This document shows positions 21,073 to 31,307 of a stretch of 61,836 bases of DNA, piece by piece (positions within the stretch are counted from its first letter, which is position 1; each line of letters starts with the position of its first letter). The position numbers were made by a program, and so were the translations under genes. Source of the DNA: Methanothrix sp. (GTDB lineage: Archaea > Halobacteriota > Methanosarcinia > Methanotrichales > Methanotrichaceae); NCBI GenBank assembly GCA_034679645.1, contig JAXDAR010000037.1, positions 1 to 61,836 on the forward strand, written 5' to 3'. The notes beneath the pieces are model-generated. The model was not told the origin of the DNA. It did not search any database and saw nothing but the letters and a program-made list of their open reading frames with translations.

Positions 21073-22107
21073 CTATTCGATCCTGGCATCCACCACGCAG
21101 TGGACCACTCCTGGGGAGTACTTCTTCACCCGAACACAGTTCAGTATCCGTGATCGCCTGCCTAAAGCCCTCGCCACCTCCTCAATGTCGCCAACCGCCC
21201 TCTGCGGGTACATCCAGGAGGGGACAGTCTGATGATAATGGAGCACCCCGCCCGGGCGCAGAGCCCTGATCCCCTTTTGAAGATATTGATCTGTCACCTG
21301 GACCATGCCCATCACCACCCTATCCGCCACTCCCTCAGGAGTTACCTTCGCGCAGTCTCCCAGCACTGGCTTCACTATCTCCTCCACCCTATTTTTTTTG
21401 ATATTCAGGCAGAGATATTGGTAAGCATTGGGGTTCAGCTCAATGGCCACGATCCTCCTGGGACGGGAATGAACCGCCATGGGAAGGGTGAAGTAGCCTA
21501 TCCCGGCGAACATGTCCACCACATACTCCCCCCGGCCCAGTTCGCTCATACGCATGCGCTCCCTTAAGTTACCGGCAGAGAACATCACCTTCCTGGCATC
21601 CAGATGAAAGATGATCCCATTCTCTCGATGGACCGTCTCCGTCTCTGTGCCGGCGATGATCTCCCGCACCGGCTCTCTATAGGGACCCTCGATCCCATAA
21701 TCGCGCAGGACAGTCCGGCAGCGGGGATAATGGTCCAGTAAGGCCTGTGCTATGCGGTCCTGCTGAGGGCCAAGCAGTGGATGGATCTTGACCACGATCA
21801 CATCTCCCAGAATATACCAGCCCCGCGGCAGAAGCTTGATCTCCTCAGGCAATAGCTGGCCTTTCAGCGATTCTGTCAGATCCGGCACCTTCCGATAGTA
21901 GACCGGATTATTCTGAGGTATAACCTGAAAGTCGGGGACGCTGGCGGTAACCGGTATCTCTGCATAGCTGCCCCTTTCCACCACCTTGCGGCTGCGATCG
22001 AGCAATCCCAGAGCAGTGATGGCACTCAACGTGGCAGCTACATCCTCTTTCTTTGCCCTCACCGCCAGAAGAGAGAGGTCAGGCCTTTTTGCTGTAGCTC
22101 TGCTCAA
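21073..22107 (-). CDS. taw2: Taw2/Trm5 (Met-10+) family tRNA wyosine-pathway SAM-dependent transferase
   Basis: ENG..F..D..KVMFSAGN..ER, DMFAGIGYF and GGVLHYH motifs. True start uncertain. Confidence 0.8.
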   Translation of the reverse strand: MSRATAKRPDLSLLAVRAKKEDVAATLSAITALGLLDRSRKVVERGSYAEIPVTASVPDFQVIPQNNPVYYRKVPDLTESLKGQLLPEEIKLLPRGWYILGDVIVVKIHPLLGPQQDRIAQALLDHYPRCRTVLRDYGIEGPYREPVREIIAGTETETVHRENGIIFHLDARKVMFSAGNLRERMRMSELGRGEYVVDMFAGIGYFTLPMAVHSRPRRIVAIELNPNAYQYLCLNIKKNRVEEIVKPVLGDCAKVTPEGVADRVVMGMVQVTDQYLQKGIRALRPGGVLHYHQTVPSWMYPQRAVGDIEEVARALGRRSRILNCVRVKKYSPGVVHCVVDARIE

Positions 22108-23314
22108 AGTTCACGCCATCCCCGGTCAAATTCAAATTTAGGATCAGGGTATCGTTCCTGCGCGTGACATAGTAATCCTGGCCATGAACCTGCAGGCTGG
22201 TGTCATAACCCTCGGTTCCGGAAAAGCTGAGGCTCAGAGGGACCTGGGTCCAGTTGTCAAGCAGATAGATCTTCATGCTGGCATCGGTACTGGAGTTCAT
22301 CTTCACCAGGGTGTCAGCCCCATGAGCGATGGTCACTATCCCCCCTTGGGCGCTGATGCTCTCGTCTATATTGGGGGGCAGCTTCATCTCAATCTCATTG
22401 GGCATTCCCTGGGGATTGATTATGTCAAAGCCCAGGTAGCTCTCATTGCTGGTATTAGTCAGATAGGCAGAATATTCGACAAAGATCAGGGGCTTGCCAT
22501 TGCCGCTGGAGACGGGGCCGTTTATGGAGAAAACGCCGGAGAACAGATAAGCCGCCACAGCCAGAATTATTAACAGTCCTGCCACCCCGGCAATCATCAT
22601 CTCTTTGCTTATCTTTCCCTTTGCAGTGGGCACAGGCATGGCCGGAGACGGTGTGGGGGACGCAGGCTCGGCTATCCTGGACGGAGCCGTCTCCTCTGCC
22701 TTCGCGAGGGTCTCATCGGCGATGCCCGCCGTCCCATTCTCCGTCGCGATGCTATCTCCAGCCTCCTCGAATAGATGAGAATAGGATTTTGGTTCGGGCT
22801 CAGCAGCGGGCTTTTCTTCCGGTTCCGCGATCAATTCGGTATCCTCTTCCGGCTCAAAGGAGGCAGCTTCCTCTTCATCGGAGGAGGGGGCAGCAGGCCC
22901 GGCCAGGGTTGGGGTCTTCCTGCGCGTGGGCAGGACCACCGCCCCTTCATCGAAGTTCAGGATCAGATCGGTATACGTGCCCGTGGAATCCACGAACTTG
23001 AGGGCGCGCGGTACCAGGTAGGAGACGCCGGATATCTTGACCTCTTCAAAGAACTCGGTGTTCTTCATAAGACGATCTTTAAATGCATAGACGGCACCGC
23101 TCTCCATCTTAGCATCGATCTCGCTGAGGCTGGGGAAGCGGTCTTCCTGCGCGGCCAGCTCTTTGGTGGCGACGACATAAGCCTCGAAGAAAACCCGGCT
23201 CATTCGGTTGAGCCTATTGGTGTAGCGCCTATCGAAGAGGAAGGAGAAGCTATCTCCTTTGAGCTGCAAGCTCTCTTCGCGCGAATGCCGCCAGGCAGAG
23301 AAAGAGACGTCCAT
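22079..23314 (-). CDS. Hypothetical single-pass membrane protein
   Basis: Globular N-domain, Glu/Pro/Ala-rich linker, one TM, C-domain with N-x-S/T sequons. Confidence 0.8.
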   Translation of the reverse strand: MDVSFSAWRHSREESLQLKGDSFSFLFDRRYTNRLNRMSRVFFEAYVVATKELAAQEDRFPSLSEIDAKMESGAVYAFKDRLMKNTEFFEEVKISGVSYLVPRALKFVDSTGTYTDLILNFDEGAVVLPTRRKTPTLAGPAAPSSDEEEAASFEPEEDTELIAEPEEKPAAEPEPKSYSHLFEEAGDSIATENGTAGIADETLAKAEETAPSRIAEPASPTPSPAMPVPTAKGKISKEMMIAGVAGLLIILAVAAYLFSGVFSINGPVSSGNGKPLIFVEYSAYLTNTSNESYLGFDIINPQGMPNEIEMKLPPNIDESISAQGGIVTIAHGADTLVKMNSSTDASMKIYLLDNWTQVPLSLSFSGTEGYDTSLQVHGQDYYVTRRNDTLILNLNLTGDGVNFEQSYSKKA

Positions 23315-23473
23315 CAGATATGCATATCTTCAATCCAAATAAGTATTTTATGTATAACGGGATGGAATTTCACCTCTCCGGAGATGGAAATCGTGATCAA
23401 TACAGCGAATAGGTCTCATATAAATCTCGTATGACAGCTATCTTTAAATCTCGCCGGAAAAAATAGAAGGTCG

Positions 23474-24112
23474 ATGAAACACTTGGGATTGGTGTGGGTT
23501 CTTTTGCTCCTGGTGATGGGTGCGTTCATGGAGCCGGCATTGGCACAGCTGACCGCCGGCCAGAGCGTCACTCCAGTGTTAAATGTAGGCGAGAATGCAA
23601 TGGTAACAGTCACGCTGACCTATTACGGCAGCGATGCCACTTTGGCGATTATCACACCCGGACTCCCACCGGGCATCCAGACCAGCAATCCGGAAGGTCA
23701 GAGCGCACAGCTGTATCCTGGCATAACTGCGCCCATCAGTTATCCCATAAGAGCAATGCAAAGCGGCAATTATACTATCGCCTCTGATGTATCGTATTCT
23801 GAAGATGGAACTCCGAGAAATCTGCGCCTGTTGTCCCCCCTCATAGTCATTGGCCAGACCATGCCCATGCAACCCGATCAAATGGTTCCTGCGGGCATGG
23901 CTCCACTATCAGGTGGGAGTCCTCAGGGTATCAACGGCTCTGAATCCTATCCACCCGGTTTTGCTCCTCAGAATCAGACTGGATTGATGGCAAACAGCAC
24001 CATGCCCATAAGTCCTGATGGCTACAGCGCACCATACCCAGAGGATGCCCCTTATTCGCATGATCTGAATCCAGACCGGCAGTACGAACAGGAAAATGAA
24101 CAAAGGCGCTGA
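23474..24112 (+). CDS. Secreted protein with Ig-like/BatD-like domain and Pro-rich tail
   Basis: Signal peptide and LNVGENAMVTVTL motif. Confidence 0.7.
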   Translation: MKHLGLVWVLLLLVMGAFMEPALAQLTAGQSVTPVLNVGENAMVTVTLTYYGSDATLAIITPGLPPGIQTSNPEGQSAQLYPGITAPISYPIRAMQSGNYTIASDVSYSEDGTPRNLRLLSPLIVIGQTMPMQPDQMVPAGMAPLSGGSPQGINGSESYPPGFAPQNQTGLMANSTMPISPDGYSAPYPEDAPYSHDLNPDRQYEQENEQRR

Positions 24113-24141
24113 AAGGAAGCTAAAGCCAAGCCGATCTCCAA

Positions 24142-24699
24142 CTACTTGCTTTTTTGCTTATCCAGTCCCAGATCGCTGCGATTATAGAGCGCCTGCAAAT
24201 AAAATCCCCGTTCCTCGATAACCTCCCTTCCGCCCTCCTGGCGGTCGAGTATAGCCAGGGCCTGTACCGGCTCATATCCGGCAGCAGCTATTCGATCAAT
24301 GGCCCTCAATAGCGAGGCTCCGGAGGTGACCACGTCCTCCACCACCGCCACCTTTGTCCCCTTTTCCAGCGCCGGCCCTTCCACATAGCTCATGGTGCCG
24401 TGCTTCTTGGGCTCCTTTCGCACTATCAGAGCGGCCAGACCTCTGCCCTGCAGATGGCTGAGGACGGATATGGATGATACAATGGGATCTGCGCCCAGGG
24501 TTAGCCCACCGATGGCCGAAACCCGAGGGTCGATCATCTCCAGCATCAGCCTGGCGGTAAGATAGGCCCCTTCCGGGCTCAATGTGACCCTTTTGCAGTC
24601 TATGTAGTAGTCGCTCTTCCGTCCAGAGGAGAGGATGACCGGCCTTATCTCCAGCGACCTCTCAATCAGCAATTCCAGCAGTCGATCTTTATCATTCAC
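24142..24699 (-). CDS. pyrE: Orotate phosphoribosyltransferase
   Basis: LSSGRKSDYYIDC, RKEPKKHG and VVEDVVTSGAS motifs. GTG start chosen. Confidence 0.96.
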   Translation of the reverse strand: MNDKDRLLELLIERSLEIRPVILSSGRKSDYYIDCKRVTLSPEGAYLTARLMLEMIDPRVSAIGGLTLGADPIVSSISVLSHLQGRGLAALIVRKEPKKHGTMSYVEGPALEKGTKVAVVEDVVTSGASLLRAIDRIAAAGYEPVQALAILDRQEGGREVIEERGFYLQALYNRSDLGLDKQKSK

Positions 24700-24831
24700 T
24701 CTCAAATCCCTCTTTTCCGGAATGCATAAGCATTGGGAGAGCTGATAATCCTTGCTGTCCCGGTGATCCATCCGGGCAAACAGATCCATCCCGGTCCAAA
24801 TAGATCTATCCGGGTAAATCGATTCACTCTG

Positions 24832-25653
24832 CTAGAGCGGCCAATCCTGAGAGGCCTTTATCTCCGCCAAGAGGCCAAGATCGGTGCCATCCAGCAGATA
24901 GAGACGAGCGCGATCCATGTCGGCCATGGCCAGGAGAGGACCGCGCATATCCTCTGCCGGCTCATTGAGGGCCAGTCCGCCGCATAAGGGATTGAAGGCA
25001 GGCATGATGATGATCTCCTCAGAAGAGGAAAAACCGTAATGCTCCTCCATAACCTCAGGTCGTACAGGCGCTCTGACCCAGACCGGATGGCTCTGGGAGT
25101 TGCCCAGGGGATCTTTGAGCCTCACCGCGGGATGAAGATGGGCGGCAACCAATAGGGGGGAACGAACCACCTTCTCCTCCGGCCAGGTATGACCATGAAA
25201 GTAGCCCCTGCCATCACGCACGATTCCTGTAGCGGGATGGACTCGGACCCCCAGGGGGGCCATATCCGCCAGGTTGCTGTCATGGTTTCCCGAGACTATA
25301 TCCACCTTTACCCGGGCGGATAGCTGGCGGAGGAAATCGGGGACCTCTCGTCTCTCCTGCCAGCTGGTCTTGGGCACATTGTGCTTGAGGTCCCCTAAGA
25401 TCAGCAGCCGGTCCGGCCGGATCGCCTCCAGGTATCCATTCAGGAGAGCGAGGATCTTTTTGGTCTGACTGGGTATGGACACCCCACCCAGCCACAGCTC
25501 ATGCTCCAGGCCCAGGTGGATGTCGGAGGCGACTAAAAGCCTCTCACCCCCCTCGGCCAGGAGGAGGGGGGCAGCAAAGACGGGGGAAATGGAAAAAGCA
25601 TCCGAAGCTGGTGAATCTGAAGAAGAAGCTGATCGGGAGTCCGGAGCGGTCAA
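24832..25653 (-). CDS. Calcineurin-like metallophosphoesterase
   Basis: SDIHLG, GDLKH, GNHD, HGH, HLHP and PAFN motifs. Confidence 0.9.
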   Translation of the reverse strand: MTAPDSRSASSSDSPASDAFSISPVFAAPLLLAEGGERLLVASDIHLGLEHELWLGGVSIPSQTKKILALLNGYLEAIRPDRLLILGDLKHNVPKTSWQERREVPDFLRQLSARVKVDIVSGNHDSNLADMAPLGVRVHPATGIVRDGRGYFHGHTWPEEKVVRSPLLVAAHLHPAVRLKDPLGNSQSHPVWVRAPVRPEVMEEHYGFSSSEEIIIMPAFNPLCGGLALNEPAEDMRGPLLAMADMDRARLYLLDGTDLGLLAEIKASQDWPL

Positions 25654-26096
25654 TCCAGCAGACCCTCCAGTTCGCAGCATAGCTCTTCGATCTTCGATGA
25701 TATGCTCAGGCAGGAGAATTCGATCATCAGGTTGACGCGGCTGGATTCGGACTCCCCCGCATTTCTGATATCGGTTCTTATCCCCAGCACCTTCTTTTTC
25801 TGCTGGAAGAACCGTCCGACTTCCCAGGCGGTGCCATCATCCACTCCAGATCCGTCCAGGATGGCCACCATCAGGTCGCAGCGATCCAGAGCCTCCAGAT
25901 TCGCCCGGAAGATCTCCTCTGGCGTCCACTGATTTGTGGAGAGTTCATAGGGCCAGATGATCTGCACATCCTTATCTGCCAGCCGCTCTCTGAGGGCGAC
26001 ACAGAGCTCTTTTGCCCAGGCGATCTCCCCTGCAGAGAAGATGGGGCCGGCGAGATAGATGCTGTGAGGCTGGCCCATGGCAGAATCGCCCGCCAT
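25650..26096 (-). CDS. Nucleoside 2-deoxyribosyltransferase family protein
   Basis: IYLAGPIF, DDGTAWEVG and NLMI motifs. Confidence 0.9.
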   Translation of the reverse strand: MAGDSAMGQPHSIYLAGPIFSAGEIAWAKELCVALRERLADKDVQIIWPYELSTNQWTPEEIFRANLEALDRCDLMVAILDGSGVDDGTAWEVGRFFQQKKKVLGIRTDIRNAGESESSRVNLMIEFSCLSISSKIEELCCELEGLLD

Positions 26097-27595
26097 CAGG
26101 CCAAAGACGCGGCCGCCGTGAGCCTGGACCGGACAAAATCCCGATCAAGGCTGGCCAAAAACCAGCCCACCTTCGGCCCCTGCCTGTCACCCAGGAAAGC
26201 CAGGTATATCGCCTGGAAGAACTTCTTGGAGTCCAGGTTCATCTCTTTGGCCACGGCATAGACCAGATCATGGATCTGGGCAGCGGTCTTATCCCCTATC
26301 CTTCCGGCGAGCAGGCCCAATCCCTCACGCTCGGCAGGGGAGAGGTTGTTTACCGCCGGGGGGAGAGTCTCCTGCAACTGGAACTTGACATAGGAGGGAG
26401 CATACTTCTCCAGCCAGACCAGCACATTCCTGGCCCGGCCAAGGATTTCCTCTTTTCTGGATACGACATCGTAGCCGGACCTCTTCAGAGCGACGAAGAG
26501 CTGCTCCTCATCTCCGCGGGCGATCTGGACGGCGGTGACCATATGCCTGAACGGTATCTCAAAGGGCCCGCTCTTGCTGACGTTGGAGAGCTCGATGGCT
26601 CTCTCATCTCCTTTTCTCTGGTCGTACTCGTCCACCAAAGAGAGGAGCGGCAGGCCGGGATCAAACTCGATATGCTTTTCCGGCTTGTTCCGGATGATCA
26701 GGTAGCGCAGGACCTCCGGCGGGACGACATCCAGCATCTCCTGGATGGTGACCACAATCCCGGTGGAGCTGTGCATGGCCCCCACTCCCTTGAGGTGGAT
26801 CCATTCGTAGACCATGGGGAAGGGGGCGGGGTAATTGTAGATCTCCTCGCTGATCCTCTTGCCGGTATCGTATGAGCCCCCGGCGGTAGCGTGGTCCTTG
26901 CCAAAGGGCTCCACAGTCACCTGGAATATGGGCCAGCGGGCAGGCCAGTCCACCCTCCAGACCAGCTTTCCACCCCCGGCCATGGGGACGGTACCCTGGC
27001 TGCCGCAGGAGCAGACGTAGTCCACCGTCTCGGCGTCAAGGTCAAAGCCAGTAACCCGGGTGGTGTTTGTCCGGCCGCAGACAGAGCAGATGGCATCAAA
27101 GGGGCTCCAGCCCTCGGGCACGTCCCTGCCTGAGACCTCTTTTAATATGCGGGCGATGTCGTCCTTCCGGGAGAAGGCGGTCTTGATGGCGTGGTTGTAT
27201 TTGCCCTCCTTGTAGAGGACATCCGCCCGGAAGACCTCCGGTTTTATGCCCAGCCGCTCCATGCTCTTCAGGAAGGGATTTAGAAAGTGATCGGCATAGC
27301 TGGCGCAGCATCCTGTAGGGCAGGGGATCTGGGAGAGAGGCTTTCCGATGTGCTCGTTGAAACTCTCCGGCAGGAAGGGGTAGAGCCTGCGCAATCGGTC
27401 GAAGGTATCGGCGATATAGATCAAGCGCGCCTGTACCCCTCGATCCAGCAGAGCGCGATAGACCGCCTCGGCAGTCATTACCTCGCGCATATTGCCGATA
27501 TGAACCGGTCCGGAGGGGGTGATGCCGGTGGCGATGGTATGGGGGCCAGAGCCTTCCAGCTTCTCGGCTATGACGTCCGCCCAGTGAATAGACAT
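26096..27595 (-). CDS. lysS: Class I lysine-tRNA ligase
   Basis: HWAD, TPSGPVHIGN, EPFGKDH, MHSSTG and GPKVG motifs. Confidence 0.97.
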   Translation of the reverse strand: MSIHWADVIAEKLEGSGPHTIATGITPSGPVHIGNMREVMTAEAVYRALLDRGVQARLIYIADTFDRLRRLYPFLPESFNEHIGKPLSQIPCPTGCCASYADHFLNPFLKSMERLGIKPEVFRADVLYKEGKYNHAIKTAFSRKDDIARILKEVSGRDVPEGWSPFDAICSVCGRTNTTRVTGFDLDAETVDYVCSCGSQGTVPMAGGGKLVWRVDWPARWPIFQVTVEPFGKDHATAGGSYDTGKRISEEIYNYPAPFPMVYEWIHLKGVGAMHSSTGIVVTIQEMLDVVPPEVLRYLIIRNKPEKHIEFDPGLPLLSLVDEYDQRKGDERAIELSNVSKSGPFEIPFRHMVTAVQIARGDEEQLFVALKRSGYDVVSRKEEILGRARNVLVWLEKYAPSYVKFQLQETLPPAVNNLSPAEREGLGLLAGRIGDKTAAQIHDLVYAVAKEMNLDSKKFFQAIYLAFLGDRQGPKVGWFLASLDRDFVRSRLTAAASLA

Positions 27596-27711
27596 GTTCG
27601 GCAATCGATGCAAGGAGGGGATATTAAGCTTCCGTTTTGCTCCCCCGGGGGCACGAACAGCCTTAAGTCTCCAAAAGAGCTTATTAAGCAGGAGAGCAGC
27701 TTTTCAGGCTG

Positions 27712-28161
27712 ATGCCCTTCATCGAACGTCCCGGCCTGGACGAGTACTTTATGGAGATCGCCGCGGTGGTGGCCAAACGTTCCACCTGTCTGCGCAATCA
27801 GGTGGGAGCCCTCTTTGTGAAGAACAAGAGGATACTGACCACGGGATACAACGGCGCGCCTGCGGGTATTGAGCACTGCGATGTGGTGGGCTGCGCGCGG
27901 GAGAATGTCCAGAGCGGCACCCACCATGAGCTATGCCGGGCGGTGCATGCCGAGCAGAATGCCATCATCCAGGCGGCGATGCACGGCATATCCATCGAGG
28001 GAGCGACACTCTACTGCACCCACCAGCCCTGCATCCTCTGCGCCAAGATGATGATCAATGCCGGTGTGAAAAAAGTGGTCTACCTGCACCGCTACCCCGA
28101 TCAGACGGCCCTGGAATTCCTCCAGCAGGCGGGAATTGAGGTGGTGAGGGAAGGGATTTAG
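27712..28161 (+). CDS. dCMP deaminase (ComEB-like)
   Basis: RSTC, GYNG, HAEQNA and PCILC motifs. Confidence 0.93.
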   Translation: MPFIERPGLDEYFMEIAAVVAKRSTCLRNQVGALFVKNKRILTTGYNGAPAGIEHCDVVGCARENVQSGTHHELCRAVHAEQNAIIQAAMHGISIEGATLYCTHQPCILCAKMMINAGVKKVVYLHRYPDQTALEFLQQAGIEVVREGI

Positions 28162-28304
28162 CACTGTTGTTTCCAGCTCTGGTTTTTTTGCTATGCATTG
28201 AATCATTTAGCCGGTTTAACATTGGCTTCTTTTTCTGCAATTTTGCAGTTTCGCTCACGAGGTTGCTCTTCGAGGCCTCTCTCGCAATGCCCTATCGTGC
28301 TGGA

Positions 28305-28518
28305 CACCGGGCAGGCTCGGATATCTGGCAGTTAATGGTTGAACGGGATTGAAGCATTTGCCGTTCAATCTTTTTATTCGCACCCAAACACATCTGATTA
28401 GGTTAGAGCCAACCGAGTGCCTTCTTACAGGACGCCCGCGAGTCGGGCCTTCAGCCCTCCCGCGCTACTGGTTCTAGCCCTCAACGCCGGGCAGGCTCGG
28501 GTACTTGGTCGTTAATGG
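28305..28518 (+). repeat. Two imperfect 34-bp direct repeats 180 bp apart ending in GTTAATGG (attC-like)
   Basis: caccgggcaggctcggatatctggcagttaatgg at 28305 and cgccgggcaggctcgggtacttggtcgttaatgg at 28485; 28/34 identical. Confidence 0.7.
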
Positions 28519-28632
28519 ACGAATAATCCTCCGAATAGCCTGCAAAAGTCCTCCCAAATAGCGGACAAGATCCACCCGATTATTACACAAAATATTTCAT
28601 CATGCAGATATATTAAATATTGAGGGGTAGAA

Positions 28633-31008
28633 ATGAGAGGGAAGCTAATTTTTTGTTTAGTCATCTTGATCGCTCTATGTTTGCCCGCATCTGGGCAGAC
28701 ATCCGCCATTGATCAGGTTCTGCAAGCCCAGTCCTCCACACAGGGCAACTGCACTATGATTAAAGCCGTCGAAGTTAATGCAAGCACAGAGGTAAAAGGA
28801 ATCGATCCTGTGGATGCTGCCGGATGGAAGAGCAGGGGTCAAGCCCTCGCCGAGCAGGGAGAGAACGATGAGGCAATAAAAGCTTTTGACCATGCGATCG
28901 AGATAAATCCAGACGATTCAGAGTCCTGGTGCACAAAGGGCGATTTATTCCTGTTCCAGGATAAGGGCGACGAGGCCCTGAAGGCCTTCGAGAAGGCAAC
29001 CGAGATCGACCCGCAGAGAAGCAAAGCCTGGAATGGCCGGGGCAATTCTCTCATGCTCCTCGGAAGATATGATGAGTCAATTGTGGCCTTTGAGCGGGCA
29101 ATCGAGATAAATCCAAAAGATGCAGATGCCTGGAATGGGAAGGCCAATTCACTTATCAGCCTGGGAGAGTATGATCGGGCAATAGAGGCTTTTGATAGGG
29201 CTATCGAGATTGCACCGTGCAATGCAAATGCCTGGTGCAATAAAGGGTATGCTCTCCGCACTCAGGGCAGTTATGAAGAGGCACTGAAGGCCTTTGACCG
29301 GGCCATCGAGATAGACCCGAATGATCCATATGCCTGGATAGGCAAAGGCGGTGCACTCGCCGCACAGGGAGAGCATAATGAGTCAATGAGGGCCTTTGAC
29401 CGGGCAATTGAGATTGATCCACAGGATAAAGACGCCTGGCTCAGCGAAGGCCTTGCCCTTCAATCCCTGGGCCGGGACGAGGAAGCCATGCAGGCCTTCG
29501 ACCATTATTTCGAGGTCTTTAATCAGTCTATCGAGGCCTTCCCAGACAATGCAGATGCCTGGTGCAATAAAGGCAATGCCCTTCTGGCCTTGGGCAGGGA
29601 GAGGGAAGCTTTGCAGGCCTTTGAGAAGGCAATCGAGATGGATATGCAGAGCAGTAAAGCCTGGAACGGCAAGGGAATTTCGCTCATGAACCAGGGCAGG
29701 AACGAGGAGGCCATGCAGGCCTTTGATCGGGCCATCGAGATAGAACCGGATGATTTGAAATCCCTGATCAATAGAGGCTATACCCTAATTAACCAGGGGA
29801 GATATGATGAGGCAATAGTAGCCTTTGACCGGGCCATCGAGATGAATCCAGAAGATGCAGATGCCTGGAGTGGAAAGGGCAATGCACTCGACGGCCAGGG
29901 AGAGTACGATCAAGCAATAGAGGCTTTTGATAGAGCCCTTGAAGTTGCACCATACAGAGCAGATATCTGGTGCAATAAGGGCTATGCTCTCCACTCTCAG
30001 GGGAGGCATGAAGAGGCAGCAGTAGCCTTTGACCGGGCCATCGAGATGGAACCGGATGATGCAGAAGGCTGGATAAACAAGGGCTATGCTCTAATTAATG
30101 AAGGCAGATATGATGAGGCAATACGGGCCTTTGATCGGGCAATCGAGATCAACCCTGCAGATGTAGCTTCCTGGAGCGGCAAAGGCAATAGTCTAAAAGC
30201 CCTGGGAAGAGCTGAGCAGGCCGCTGAGGCCTTCAGCAGGTCCGCGGAACTCGATCCAGGTGATGCAGCCAACTGGATTGCGCTCAGCGATGCCCTAATG
30301 GAGCTGAACAGGTCGGAACAGTCCGCGAGAGCCTTTGACCGGGCTATCGAGATCGATCCTGCTTATGCCTGGATGTGCAGGGGATATACTCTGCAAGCAA
30401 AGGGCAGGGATGAGGAGGCTATGCAGGCCTATGAGCAGGCGGCCAGTGTCCAGCCCCTGGATGCCGACGACTGGATAAGAAAGGGCGATATGCTCATCAA
30501 CCTGGAAAGATACGATCAGGCCCTGGAGGCCTTTGACCAGGCGGCCAGGATCGATCCGCAAGAAAGAGAGATCTGGGCGGAGAGAGGCATGGCCCTCATG
30601 GGCCTGGAGAGGTATAACGAATCCCTGCAGGCATTTGACAAAGCTATCGGTATCAATCAATATGATGCAGCAGAGGATGCCGAGACATGGGCGATGAAGG
30701 GCGTCGCTCTGAGCAGGCAGGGAAGGCATGATGAGGCGGCAGAGGCCTTTGGAAGGACGATCGATGTAAGTCCAGCAGAAAATCCATTTGACTGGGTCCT
30801 GAAGGGCAATGCCCTCCGTGATGGGAAGAGATATGATGAGGCCATTGAGGCTTATGAACATGCCCTGCAGATCGACCCCGATTATCCCGATGCCTGGCAG
30901 GGCAAGGGCGACGCCCTCCTGGCCCTGGGAAGAGTCGAGGAGGCCGAGGCTGCCCAGACGAGAGCTGAGGAGTTGGGGGGAAGCAGTATATCCCCCTTCC
31001 TGATATGA
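28633..31008 (+). CDS. Secreted tetratricopeptide-repeat protein
   Basis: Signal peptide and about 20 repeats of W..KG..L...G...EA..AFDRAIEIxP. Confidence 0.95.
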   Translation: MRGKLIFCLVILIALCLPASGQTSAIDQVLQAQSSTQGNCTMIKAVEVNASTEVKGIDPVDAAGWKSRGQALAEQGENDEAIKAFDHAIEINPDDSESWCTKGDLFLFQDKGDEALKAFEKATEIDPQRSKAWNGRGNSLMLLGRYDESIVAFERAIEINPKDADAWNGKANSLISLGEYDRAIEAFDRAIEIAPCNANAWCNKGYALRTQGSYEEALKAFDRAIEIDPNDPYAWIGKGGALAAQGEHNESMRAFDRAIEIDPQDKDAWLSEGLALQSLGRDEEAMQAFDHYFEVFNQSIEAFPDNADAWCNKGNALLALGREREALQAFEKAIEMDMQSSKAWNGKGISLMNQGRNEEAMQAFDRAIEIEPDDLKSLINRGYTLINQGRYDEAIVAFDRAIEMNPEDADAWSGKGNALDGQGEYDQAIEAFDRALEVAPYRADIWCNKGYALHSQGRHEEAAVAFDRAIEMEPDDAEGWINKGYALINEGRYDEAIRAFDRAIEINPADVASWSGKGNSLKALGRAEQAAEAFSRSAELDPGDAANWIALSDALMELNRSEQSARAFDRAIEIDPAYAWMCRGYTLQAKGRDEEAMQAYEQAASVQPLDADDWIRKGDMLINLERYDQALEAFDQAARIDPQEREIWAERGMALMGLERYNESLQAFDKAIGINQYDAAEDAETWAMKGVALSRQGRHDEAAEAFGRTIDVSPAENPFDWVLKGNALRDGKRYDEAIEAYEHALQIDPDYPDAWQGKGDALLALGRVEEAEAAQTRAEELGGSSISPFLI

Positions 31009-31124
31009 GGGGCAGCTGCCCGGGCTATTTTTTCTGCTCTTGCTGAACATACTGCGAAAAGAGGGATTTGGAATAATGACGAGCGTGATCCATCAATCCA
31101 GTGCTGATCTTAGAACAGGAAGCA

Positions 31125-31307
31125 TTATTGCTCTGGTATCCATTCAAGCTTTCTCTCTATGATGGCTTCAGCGTTCTCAGTAAGAATTATGCGCTGCGCT
31201 TTGTGCCTGCCGGTCTTCGCTATAACCCTTGGGTCACTGATCTTCCGCCCTTCAGCCCTTATCCGGTAGCCGTGAATAGAGTCGCCTTCATCGTAGCCTT
31301 TCATCAA
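31125..31307 (-). CDS. Small hypothetical protein, possibly truncated partner of the RHH protein
   Basis: Overlaps the stop of the RHH gene; conserved in the second copy at about 15000. Confidence 0.55.
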   Translation of the reverse strand: MMKGYDEGDSIHGYRIRAEGRKISDPRVIAKTGRHKAQRIILTENAEAIIERKLEWIPEQ

